From the NCBI GenBank assembly GCA_964518575.1, contig CAZFGW010000002.1, forward strand, positions 61,974-125,973: DNA of 64,000 bases, given 5' to 3'. Each line of letters starts with the position of its first letter. The first letter of the stretch is position 1. Below the pieces are notes generated by a model. It was not told the origin of the DNA, searched no databases, and saw only the letters and a list, made by a program, of their open reading frames with translations. The stretch is from an uncultured Eggerthellaceae bacterium. GTDB taxonomy: Bacteria; Actinomycetota; Coriobacteriia; Coriobacteriales; Eggerthellaceae. Both the position numbers and the translations under genes were made by a program. Below are positions 36,886 to 46,100 of the stretch, in pieces.

Positions 36886-38150
36886 GCGGCGGAAAGACGG
36901 GTGACTTTTACCAGAATGCCTTCGATGAGAGGAGAGGCGTGTCCGTATCTGAGGATGCGCACGATGTTCTTGGAGAAGAGGCAAGTCAGCACGGAGGGCT
37001 GACTGATAAACAAATAGCCGCGCGTAAACGTCTTCATCAGCAGACATTGATTTATATCGAAGAGGATAAGGCGCGCAAGGTCGAGGCTGCACTCATTGAA
37101 AAGGAGCGCAAGCAAGCCGAGGAATCAAGGAGCGAGCTCGACGAGCAAGGCAATGACGTTCCTCCTATTGTCTATCGTCCCGAGGATGCACCCGAAGGAC
37201 CGCCGTGGCGCTACGATCTTTCTGCTGATGATCTTGCACGCAAAGCGCGTAAACGTGCGGAGCGCGTGGAGAAGAAGCAGAAGATCAAGAGCAAGGCTTT
37301 GGACAAAGCGCCGAAGAAGTTGAAGAATGCGTCTGACTTGCAAGTACGCTTCCGCACCGCGCTCGTGTATACGCTTGTCACGATCGTGTGTGTGCTCGCG
37401 GGTGACATTCCGCTGTTGTTGTATTTGATGGTCGTCGCAGGCATTTGCGCAGGCGAGTTTTTCTATATGCTTCGCTCTGATGCGAAGTTGCCGAATGAGA
37501 TGCTCGGCATTACGGGCGCGGTCTTATATATTCCCGCTACCTACCTCTGGGGTTTGACCGGCGCGATGATCGTGTCGATCCTGCTTCTGCTGGCACTCTT
37601 GGTCTGGTATGTTTTCTGGCTCAAGGCGCGCATCCAAGATGTCGGCGTCAGTTTCTTTGGAGCTGCCTATACGGGATTGTTGCTCTGCGGGCTTGTTATT
37701 ATCCGGCAGGCGGTCGACGGAATATGGGGCGGTGTTGCCCTGTTCTTGCTGTTCTTGAGCGTTTGGACCAACGATGCCTTCGCCTACTTCTTCGGCAGCC
37801 ATTTCGGCAAGCATAAGATGGCTCCGCGCACGAGCCCGAAGAAGAGCTGGGAAGGAATGATCGCGGGGCTCGTCGGATCGGCTCTCGTCTGGGTGGTTCT
37901 TTCGTTCGTCCCCGGTATATCGCTCTCCATCCCGCTTGCAATTCTGTTCGGTATCATCTCGGGTCTCATGGAGGTTTTGGGAGACCTTGTTGAAAGCCGG
38001 ATCAAGCGCAATTCTGGATTCAAGGATTCGGGAACGATCATGCCCGGACACGGCGGATTGCTCGACCGGTGCGACTCGCTGTTCTTGGCGTCGGTCACTT
38101 CCGCCATCTTGCTTTTGTTGGGAGGATGCATTCCCTATGCCTTGTTCTGA
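36882..38150 (+). CDS. cdsA: Phosphatidate cytidylyltransferase with a ~150-aa charged N-terminal extension
   Basis: The ATG at 36882 overlaps the uppS stop (ATGA). CDS signature ESRIKRNSGFKDSGTIMPGHGGLLDRCDS. Confidence 0.9.
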   Translation: MSGGKTGDFYQNAFDERRGVSVSEDAHDVLGEEASQHGGLTDKQIAARKRLHQQTLIYIEEDKARKVEAALIEKERKQAEESRSELDEQGNDVPPIVYRPEDAPEGPPWRYDLSADDLARKARKRAERVEKKQKIKSKALDKAPKKLKNASDLQVRFRTALVYTLVTIVCVLAGDIPLLLYLMVVAGICAGEFFYMLRSDAKLPNEMLGITGAVLYIPATYLWGLTGAMIVSILLLLALLVWYVFWLKARIQDVGVSFFGAAYTGLLLCGLVIIRQAVDGIWGGVALFLLFLSVWTNDAFAYFFGSHFGKHKMAPRTSPKKSWEGMIAGLVGSALVWVVLSFVPGISLSIPLAILFGIISGLMEVLGDLVESRIKRNSGFKDSGTIMPGHGGLLDRCDSLFLASVTSAILLLLGGCIPYALF

Positions 38151-39264
38151 TCTATCGACAATTGAAAATCCCGCAGCGAAAAAGCGGATCGCCATTTTAG
38201 GGTCCACAGGATCGATCGGCACGCAGACGCTCGATGTTGCTCGCGCACATCCCGATAAGCTGAATGTTGTCGGTCTTGCGTGCGCGACTCAGGTCGATCT
38301 CATGAAAGAGCAAGCACGCGAGTTCGATAATGTGGTGCTCGCGGTTGGCGAAGAGGAAGCGATCGGGCTTGCCCTGCGCGATGATGTCGATCTCGTCGTG
38401 AATGCGATGGTGGGCGCTGCTGGTCTGCGCGCGAGCTATTACACGCTGCTCTCGGGCAAAACGCTCGCGCTTGCGAACAAGGAATCGCTCGTAGTAGGTG
38501 GAGATCTGCTCATGCCTCTGGCGCGCAAAGCGAACAATCTCGTGCCCATCGACTCCGAGCATGGAGCCATCTTCCAGTGCTTGATCGGCGAGAATCCCCG
38601 TGAGGTTGCACGTCTTTGGGTCACCGCTTCCGGGGGACCTTTCAGACACAAAACGCGCGACGAGCTCAAAGATGTGACGGCACAGGATGCGCTCAAGCAC
38701 CCGACGTGGAACATGGGCGCGAAAATCACCATTGATTCCTCAACGCTTATGAATAAAGGTCTTGAGGTGATCGAGGCGCACCATTTGTTCGATATGCCTT
38801 ACGATCGCATCGAGGTTCTCGTGCAACCCCAGAGCGCGATCCATTCGATGGTCGAGTTCATTGACGGTTCGGTGAAAGCGCACTTGGGCACGACCGATAT
38901 GCGTATCCCGATCCAATTCGCACTGAGCTACCCTGAGCGCTGGGACGCTCCCGTCACGCCGCTTGATTTCAAAACGCTCGGTTCGCTCGAGTTCGGCACG
39001 CCCGATCTCGAGACGTTCAAGTGCTTGGCGCTCGCCATCCGTGCGGGACGTACGGGCGGCACGTTGCCCTGCGTTATGAATGCTGCCAATGAAGTGGCAG
39101 TCGCGTCGTTCCTTGCTGGTGAATGCGGATTCTTGGATATTGCCGATTGCGTGGAACATGTCATGGAGGCGCATTCCACGCAACCAGTTTCAAGCATTGA
39201 GCAGCTCATGGACATCGATGCTGATGCCCGGCTCCAGGCTGCTCAGTTCCTCGCACGCATCTAA
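38137..39264 (+). CDS. dxr: 1-deoxy-D-xylulose 5-phosphate reductoisomerase
   Basis: The ATG at 38137 lies 10 nt after GGAGGA. Motifs ILGSTGSIGTQTLDV, LANKESLV, DSEHGAIFQC and NKGLEVIEAHHLF. Confidence 0.93.
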   Translation: MPCSDLSTIENPAAKKRIAILGSTGSIGTQTLDVARAHPDKLNVVGLACATQVDLMKEQAREFDNVVLAVGEEEAIGLALRDDVDLVVNAMVGAAGLRASYYTLLSGKTLALANKESLVVGGDLLMPLARKANNLVPIDSEHGAIFQCLIGENPREVARLWVTASGGPFRHKTRDELKDVTAQDALKHPTWNMGAKITIDSSTLMNKGLEVIEAHHLFDMPYDRIEVLVQPQSAIHSMVEFIDGSVKAHLGTTDMRIPIQFALSYPERWDAPVTPLDFKTLGSLEFGTPDLETFKCLALAIRAGRTGGTLPCVMNAANEVAVASFLAGECGFLDIADCVEHVMEAHSTQPVSSIEQLMDIDADARLQAAQFLARI

Positions 39265-41958
39265 GTTCGCATCCAAGCACGCGTCTTTGCTCGGTGCCGC
39301 TCCGATGGCTCGCTGCGCCTCGGAATCTACGGCATCCGGATTGGTGGGAATGTCACCTCCTTTCTCGACGGTCTCAGTCGGTGCAGTGTCGCCTGCCTTA
39401 TCAGCAGGAGCCGTTGGCGCGGTCGTATCGGTCGTTTCGGGTGATCCCGTTACTCCTGTCTCTTTCATCTGCGCATTCTTCGCTGAAGAAGCAAGGCGTG
39501 CGTCTTGTTCAGATGGCACGTTCAGATCGCTTTCGCGCGTATTGGCATCCTCGGTAAAAGGCGAGCGCACCGAAGGGCATCCTGTAGAGAAGCCCTCGGA
39601 ATCGGTAACCGCGCCCACTTCCCATGCGCGAAGGTCGGCAACAAGGTTTGAGCACATGCCGAACATCTGGTGCATGTTGGTGACCTGCGTGGTGTTCCAG
39701 TCCTCGATTCCGTCGATAGCGCCCAAGGCAATACACCCGTTGAACGCGTAGGCGCAACTGCTCAGATGTTCGGTGTGCCAAGCACGGGTATCGAGGTGAG
39801 CGAGACGCGAACAGTTGTTGAACAGCATCGCGATACTTATGCACGATGTGCCTACGAAGGTATCGGGCAGTGCAAGGTGTTCAAGGGATACACAGTCGCT
39901 GAATACCGACTGGAGCGAGGTGACCTTTCCGGTATCCCACGACGCAAGGTCGAGTGCGGAAAGCGAGCTGCATCCAGCAAACATGCTCTCCATCGTACTG
40001 ACCGCTGATGTATCAAGCATAGACACATTGATGTCCACAAGTACAGCGCAGTCTTTGAAGGCAGACGCCATTGAGGTGACCTGAGCGGTGGTAAAGGAAT
40101 GGATATCGATGCTTCGTATATGGGTGCACCCTGAGAAAAGATGCGACATATCGCTCACCGTTGTCGTATCGAGTGCGCTCAGATCAGCGGTTTCAAGATT
40201 GCTTGCATCAGCGAAGAAGTTGCGCAGCGTTCGTGTCGTTATGGGAAGGTCGACGTTTTCGGACACGACTGCGCGAAGTGCGCCCACATACGGCTTCCAG
40301 GGCAACGCACCTTGAGCGAAGTCAGCAGTGTTTCCCTCCATACCGACGAAGGTATGGGAAAGGAGACGCTCTCCGTGAGCATCAGGTACTTCTCCACGCC
40401 CGAAGGCAAGGATGTACCCTGCTTCCTCCGATCCGTAGAGCGCAGCATAGGCACGGCTTTCGCTTAAGCAAGTCCAGCGAACCACCTTGGTACCCGTTTG
40501 ATAGAGCTCCCTCGTTTTGTCCGTTGCACTACGTGGATCGAATCCGTGCCCACCTCCGTCCATGTACCAAAGTCCATCAGAGCCTACCACGGAGGTAGGA
40601 GCGGGAAAGAGGGTGAGGGTGGACGCGTAGAACGTCGATGGAATAATGATCTCGGTAAGGGCGCTACACCCCGTGAGCGCATTCGCATCATAGATCGTAT
40701 CGGGGATGTTCCACGAGCTGAAATCGATGCGCTCCAAAGAAGAGCAACCGCTCCAAGCCCTCCACGTCGTATCGAAGGACGCTCCGAGCTGCCAGCTGCC
40801 CATTCCCTTGATTTCTCTCAAGCGTGAGCAGCCATCGAACAATTGCTGTATGGAGGTCAGCTTGGGAAGAACCCAGCCCGTTACATCGATCGAGTGCAGG
40901 TGGGAGCATCCGGCGAACGAGGATGTCATCAACGTGAAGCGCGCAGTGTTCCATCCCGTAAGATCAAGGTGTTCCACGAGCTCATTGCCGCGAATGATGC
41001 CGCTTATCTGCGTGCAGGAGGACATGTCCCAGTTTTCTATGAATGAAAGCCCCTCCAAGCAATAGCAGCTCTCAAAGGTGTTCACGAATGTCTCGACGTT
41101 TGAAGTGTTCCACGAAGAGCAATCTCCGATCGATCGCAGTTCATAGGCATTGCTGAACGCTCGGTTGAAGTTCTTAACCCGCGAGACATTCCAGCCGGAT
41201 AAATCTCCCACTGAGCACAAAGAAGTGCATCCGCTGAAAAGGTTCGCCATGTTCTCGACCGAAGCGACATTCCACGAGGAAAGGTCACCTCGGGTAAGCT
41301 GCGAGCAGGAACTGAACATGCCTTGCAATGTGATCGCACTGCTCATGTCCCAAGGCGCAAGCGGAGAGATGTCAGTGATGCTGCCATTCGAGAACATCGA
41401 GCTGAAGTCCGTGCACGCGCTTACATCCCATGACGTAAGCTCTTTGATGTCGCCGTTTATACCGCTTAAGGCGAACGCCGAGCACATGCTTGTCGTTCTC
41501 GATGTGTCAAGCAGCGCGAGGTCATAGCGAGTGCAATGATTCAAGGAGGCGAACCAGAAGTCGAGAACCGGCGGCGAGATCGGGTCTATGACTTTGACCG
41601 CCGTGATATTGTTGGCATGAAAGCGCCAGGGAATGTCGGTTGTCCGCTTGAACCGTTTTTGATCGAGAGCGGTATATCCTTGCGTGAGCGTTGCATTCTC
41701 ATAAGCGTCGGGGATCTCGTCTCCCGCCCCGAAGACCAGCGTTTTTCCGCCATAGACTGCGGCGTAGATGGGCTTGTTCTCATCGAGCGCGGCAAGATCG
41801 AAATCATTCGAAATCATATGCTCGGCGGTCAACCAGGCGAATGCCTTTTGAGCACCCAAGCTTGCACCGATAATAACAAGCATGAGAAAAACGATGAGCA
41901 CGCTTAGTCGCACCCGCCTTCGTTTCGACAACGTCTGTTCTGCCATGAAAGTGTTCAT
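39190..41958 (-). CDS. BspA-type (DUF285-like) leucine-rich-repeat secreted protein with a TasA-like N-terminal signal
   Basis: 922-aa ORF. It has two blocks of ~25-aa repeats of the form W(D/N)(V/T)S.V.(N/D)M..MF..C..L. The N-terminus is KRRRVRLSVLIVFLMLVIIGASLGAQKAFAWLTAEH. The C-tail is Thr/Pro/Ala/Asp-rich and I saw no anchor motif. Confidence 0.75.
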   Translation of the reverse strand: MNTFMAEQTLSKRRRVRLSVLIVFLMLVIIGASLGAQKAFAWLTAEHMISNDFDLAALDENKPIYAAVYGGKTLVFGAGDEIPDAYENATLTQGYTALDQKRFKRTTDIPWRFHANNITAVKVIDPISPPVLDFWFASLNHCTRYDLALLDTSRTTSMCSAFALSGINGDIKELTSWDVSACTDFSSMFSNGSITDISPLAPWDMSSAITLQGMFSSCSQLTRGDLSSWNVASVENMANLFSGCTSLCSVGDLSGWNVSRVKNFNRAFSNAYELRSIGDCSSWNTSNVETFVNTFESCYCLEGLSFIENWDMSSCTQISGIIRGNELVEHLDLTGWNTARFTLMTSSFAGCSHLHSIDVTGWVLPKLTSIQQLFDGCSRLREIKGMGSWQLGASFDTTWRAWSGCSSLERIDFSSWNIPDTIYDANALTGCSALTEIIIPSTFYASTLTLFPAPTSVVGSDGLWYMDGGGHGFDPRSATDKTRELYQTGTKVVRWTCLSESRAYAALYGSEEAGYILAFGRGEVPDAHGERLLSHTFVGMEGNTADFAQGALPWKPYVGALRAVVSENVDLPITTRTLRNFFADASNLETADLSALDTTTVSDMSHLFSGCTHIRSIDIHSFTTAQVTSMASAFKDCAVLVDINVSMLDTSAVSTMESMFAGCSSLSALDLASWDTGKVTSLQSVFSDCVSLEHLALPDTFVGTSCISIAMLFNNCSRLAHLDTRAWHTEHLSSCAYAFNGCIALGAIDGIEDWNTTQVTNMHQMFGMCSNLVADLRAWEVGAVTDSEGFSTGCPSVRSPFTEDANTRESDLNVPSEQDARLASSAKNAQMKETGVTGSPETTDTTAPTAPADKAGDTAPTETVEKGGDIPTNPDAVDSEAQRAIGAAPSKDACLDANLDACEELSSLEPGISIDVHELLNA

Positions 41959-41961
41959 GCA

Positions 41962-42615
41962 CTACGAGCTCACGCTTGCCGCCGCGGTGATGGCAGCCTT
42001 CTGTCCGAGATATGCGTCGATTGCGCTCATCGCGTTGGCGAAGCCCTCTGATTGGATTGCAAAGGCATTGACGTCAATGCTCGTCGCGGAAACACCGATG
42101 TTCTGTATCAGATTCGCCAGCGTCACCGAATCGAAGAGCGGGGGCGTGACGGCATTCGGCGCGAGGAGCTCGTCATAGACGTAGGTGTACGTTCTGAATC
42201 CATCCTTCAAGGTTGCATCTCCTTTGGCATGCCATCCGGTATTTACCGTATATGAGAACAGATCGGCATTTTCACCGTGTGTCAGCGAGCCTTCCGCATT
42301 GAGGGCATCTCCGGTGAACACGGGCACTTTTACGGTCGCAGCAACGTAGGCGCCAAGACTTCCCGTATTGCGCACGAGCGGGTCTTTGGCAACGGTTTGA
42401 GCGGGTGCAAGACCTTTGGCGGCGTTCGCTTCGAACGAGGGCTCCGAAAGCTCGATGGACAGATCGGTGTTCAAGGTGAACGGGTTGCTCAAAAAGGCGT
42501 CATCGGTGAGATAGGCGAGCGCGCTTGAAATGCTGAGCGTGCAGGCAAGAGCTCCGCACGCGATCGCGGTCGGGACTTTCCAGGACGGTTTATGAGCTAG
42601 AGGGTTTTCTTGCAT
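41962..42615 (-). CDS. TasA/camelysin-like secreted protein with a SipW-cognate-type signal peptide
   Basis: The ATG at 42615 follows AAGGAG, giving 217 aa. The signal ends SSALAYLTDDAFLSNPFTLNTDLSIEL; compare B. subtilis TasA ...GGGTWAAFND...GTLDL. KDPLVRNTGSLGAYV motif present. Confidence 0.7.
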   Translation of the reverse strand: MQENPLAHKPSWKVPTAIACGALACTLSISSALAYLTDDAFLSNPFTLNTDLSIELSEPSFEANAAKGLAPAQTVAKDPLVRNTGSLGAYVAATVKVPVFTGDALNAEGSLTHGENADLFSYTVNTGWHAKGDATLKDGFRTYTYVYDELLAPNAVTPPLFDSVTLANLIQNIGVSATSIDVNAFAIQSEGFANAMSAIDAYLGQKAAITAAASVSS

Positions 42616-43151
42616 GGTTCTCCTTTCGAAGGGATGTTCATAGTGATGAGGTCCTCTGTTGCGCGAGCGCGAGAGGTGATGACGACCGGGATGAGGAGAA
42701 GGGAAAGCAGACCAAGGAACACGAATCGGTATCGCTCGATCCACATGAGGATGAATCCGAGATTCGGAAGTGTTAACACCGCCTTTCCTTTCACAGCGTC
42801 GTACGGTACGGGAAGGGGATCGGCTTCGCTATTCGCATCTCCTTTCGTCTCGAGCAAAGCACGATCGGTATCATTCCCAACAACCCGGTGGGTCACGATA
42901 TGGGTGTCAAGTGCGTTGCTTTCAAAAGCAACGATGTCGTTTTCGCTGAGATCCCCACCGCTTGTGCGTGCGTCAACGTAGACGAGCGATCCAACGGGAA
43001 CCGCGGGGGTCATCGAGCCCGTGAGAACGGCGTAGGGCATGATGTGGAATATGCCGGGCACGACCGTTGTTGCAAGCGCGAACACAAGCGGCAGGGCAAC
43101 GCAACCAATAAGGCAAAAGAGGACTTTGCGAAGGCGGGTCATGGTAGTCAC
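42597..43151 (-). CDS. sipW: Signal peptidase I, SipW (archaeal/ER, S26B) type
   Basis: 184-aa ORF with Ser box LTGSMTP, His box VTHRVV, the TKGDAN motif and a C-terminal TM. The GTG start overlaps the adhesin stop (GTGA). Confidence 0.8.
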   Translation of the reverse strand: MTTMTRLRKVLFCLIGCVALPLVFALATTVVPGIFHIMPYAVLTGSMTPAVPVGSLVYVDARTSGGDLSENDIVAFESNALDTHIVTHRVVGNDTDRALLETKGDANSEADPLPVPYDAVKGKAVLTLPNLGFILMWIERYRFVFLGLLSLLLIPVVITSRARATEDLITMNIPSKGEPCKKTL

Positions 43152-46100
43152 GGACGCATCCTTCCCGATGTCCTGACCGGTTTTCTCGCACAGCTGCGCT
43201 GGGTTTTCCTTGCCATGCGGCTAAAGAAGAGGGAACATGCGAGCGCGAGCGCGGTCGAGAGTGCGAGGATTGCACCGAGCAGATATGAATCGCCCGTCTG
43301 TGGGAGTGAGCTCAACGTTTTGGGAGTGCGCGACGCATCATCGTTAGGCGTCGGGCGTGTAAACACGGATTGCTCCGCGCTCTCGGCGTCCTCATGTGCG
43401 GCAATCTCTTCATCACCAAGGAAGAGCTTCTCGAAAACCACGAAGTGCTCGTCACTGAGGTCATCTCCCGTTACCGCGAAAGGTATGTCGAGGGTGCCAT
43501 TTGCGCTCTCGGGCGTGAACGAGACTGTTGTGGTGAGAGGATTACCCTCTTCATCAAGATAGGGCGTTGCCTGCGCCGTCTTTGATCCCTCTGTCGGGGC
43601 GAGCGTCATGAGTGTTCCTTGCATGGTGTAGGTGCGCCCTGCTTGAACGTTGGCATACTCAACAGTGTCGACGATATCGACCTTCTTGATCGTTGACGTC
43701 GGTTGTTGCGGTGCTATGTGGTCGGCACTCTCGGCGATGTGGGCGTGCGTTTTAAGGGTAGGTGCTGCGATGCGCACCGTTTGAGCTGCGTTGTTGGGGT
43801 CGGAGTGCTCGAGATGGATTTGCCCGTCGCTGAGAAGCGTTTCGAACACCACGATCTGGCTTTCAGGCTCAAGCTGCGTTGAGTCGAAGTCAAATGCAAC
43901 GGAGGTGATACCGGAGGCGTTTTTCGCTGTGAAGGTCTGCGAAGCAGTAATGGGCGTTCCCGTTTCGTCTAACAAACTTGTTGTTGTTTCGTCGTGCGGG
44001 TTTTTGAGCGCGAGCGACCCGGAAACGGTATATTCCCTGCCTGGTTCGAGATTGCAATAGGAGATAGTGTCGATCAGGTGCGTCTCGGGAGATGCAACAA
44101 TCTCCTTATCGTTGGTGATGGCGCTTGCCGCATAGGTCTCGATGAGGGGCGCATTCACGAAAAGCGTCTGATCGGGGTCAGATAGGTCTTCGTGGGTTGC
44201 AACAACCTCACCCGTTGTCTCGTCGATGAGTCTTTCAAATACGACGATCTTTTGCCCGGCGAGTGAGCGCGTATCGAGGGTGAACGCCATATCAACGTAG
44301 CCGCTTGCTTGCTCGCAGGAAAACGTTTTCGACACCGTTGCCCCAGGTATATCCGTCAAAGGCTGTCCGTCCCCAAAGCGGTAGAGCGTACCTGTGAGCA
44401 CATAGGTCTTACCCTGCGTGAGACCGCTATATTCGACGCGGTCGAGAAGGCTTGCCGTACTTGATGCGGAGAGATACTTGCTCGCATCCTGAGCGTTTTT
44501 GGCAGAGGTATGCAGTGATGGCGTCGGCTTCAGCCGATCGATGACCGTGCCAGCAAAGATGTTGTATGCATCGCGGTTGACCTTGATGTCATCGAGTGTG
44601 ATGAGTTCGAGATCGTGGTTTTTGGTACAGGGGAGTTCTTCGATATGATAGGTGTCAAAGGGAAGCGCTCCCACGGTATCGTTTGGCTGTGTGATGCCGT
44701 TTTCCGCTTTTCCGAACCATACGCCTGCATGCTCGTCGAGCAGCTCCTCGTCAACGGTTCCATCTGCTTTGAGCGCGCGATCATTGGCATTGGTGGATGC
44801 CGTGTGGGGATGCCACGCTGCTGAGGTATCGAATTTCCCCATCTCGCCCGATAAAACGACATGCTGCTCGCCCGTGGTCTTCGAGGTAATGAGGAAGGGG
44901 ATGCCCTCCATGCGTTCTTGGTTCGTTTCTCTGACCTTGATGAATGAGAAGTCGCCGCGCTTCACGCGATTCTGCGCAGCGTTTTGCTGGGTAAAGGGCA
45001 CGATCTTGCCGTTCTCGGTGATGTCGAAGACGCGCTCTGCGGTATCGGTGAGCAGATACCCATCTCCTGCGGCAACTTCGCGAAGAAGATAGCTTCCATA
45101 GGGAAGAAGATCATCGGTGCTCATCGCGCAGCCGTCCTGCACGCAGATCGTGGCGACGACGGCGTCCGTTGGATAGAAAATGCCGCCAACGCAAACGGGG
45201 TGAGCGGAGCGATTGACGATCTCGAACGTTGTTCCGTCCAGCGTAGCAGCTCCGAGCGGATGAGGCAGGAGGCTTTCCGCGTCAAGCTTATCAATCCGCA
45301 CGCCGCCACGGATGGCATGATTGGAAACTTGAGGAGCGGCAAACGAATGGATCGATTCCGCGGTGCCTTCCGGCTCGATCTTCTTCAAAATGACAGTGGG
45401 GTCGAGAAGATAGCCACAGGGCGGCTTCGTTTCCTGAATACTCACGGTACCGAGCGGCATGCAGGGCGCTCCCGTGCTATCCAAATACAGCTCGTCTCCG
45501 CCGATGAGGTGGTCGTCGTCAAGAAGAATCGCTCCGGCATCATCCGTTTTGAAGTGCCAGGTTCGCGTCGGCGTGTGGTTTCCAAGCGCCTCGGCTCCGC
45601 CGTCCAGATAGGCATCGTAGTGCTCGATCTTGAACTCCGCACCCGAAAGGAGAGCGTTGCCTTGAGGGGCGCTTGTTGCTGATTGCGCATCCAGCTTGTT
45701 GAGGAGAAGGTCGATGCGTGCACTTTGCGGAGTATCGGTGACCGAAAGCGCGCTTGTGTTGCCCGCCGTGACATCCACGCGATGGATGCGCTCGTCAACT
45801 GCGAAGCCGCGCCCGATCACCGAGCCGACATTCTCCTTGAGGTAATACGTACCCGGCTGCAGATCGGGGGACGTGCCGTGCCCGTTCGCGTCAAGGGTGA
45901 TGGTTGAAAGATACTCGGTGCAGGCAGGATTGGTGAAGATGTCGTAAGCGATTCCCTCCATGGTATAGAGGTGGTTGCCCTCTGAAAGCGCAGGGTTGCC
46001 CGACTGTTTTGTCAGATCGATCTTACCTTTCGCCTTGATGGCGAATTTGTAGACGCCCACGCCCGGTTGGTTCGCAACGGCGGGACCGACGAAGCCGAGT

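Noticed and set aside
37936-38136. N-terminal extensions implied by the first in-frame start in the ORF track. These affect dxr (37936), tsaB fusion (57045), yacP (53462), ATPase (32010), FNT (55722), htpG (23913), htrA (32926), SBP (30399), adhesin (47746), TasA-like (42744) and others.
   Set aside because: The extensions overlap upstream genes, lack an RBS and add non-homologous residues. In each case an internal ATG or GTG with a good Shine-Dalgarno sequence matches the expected protein N-terminus.
39080-39751. 223-aa plus-strand ORF overlapping the dxr end and the LRR gene tail.
   Set aside because: It is out of frame with dxr and antisense to the LRR ORF. Its sequence is low-complexity and Ser/Ala/Val-rich.
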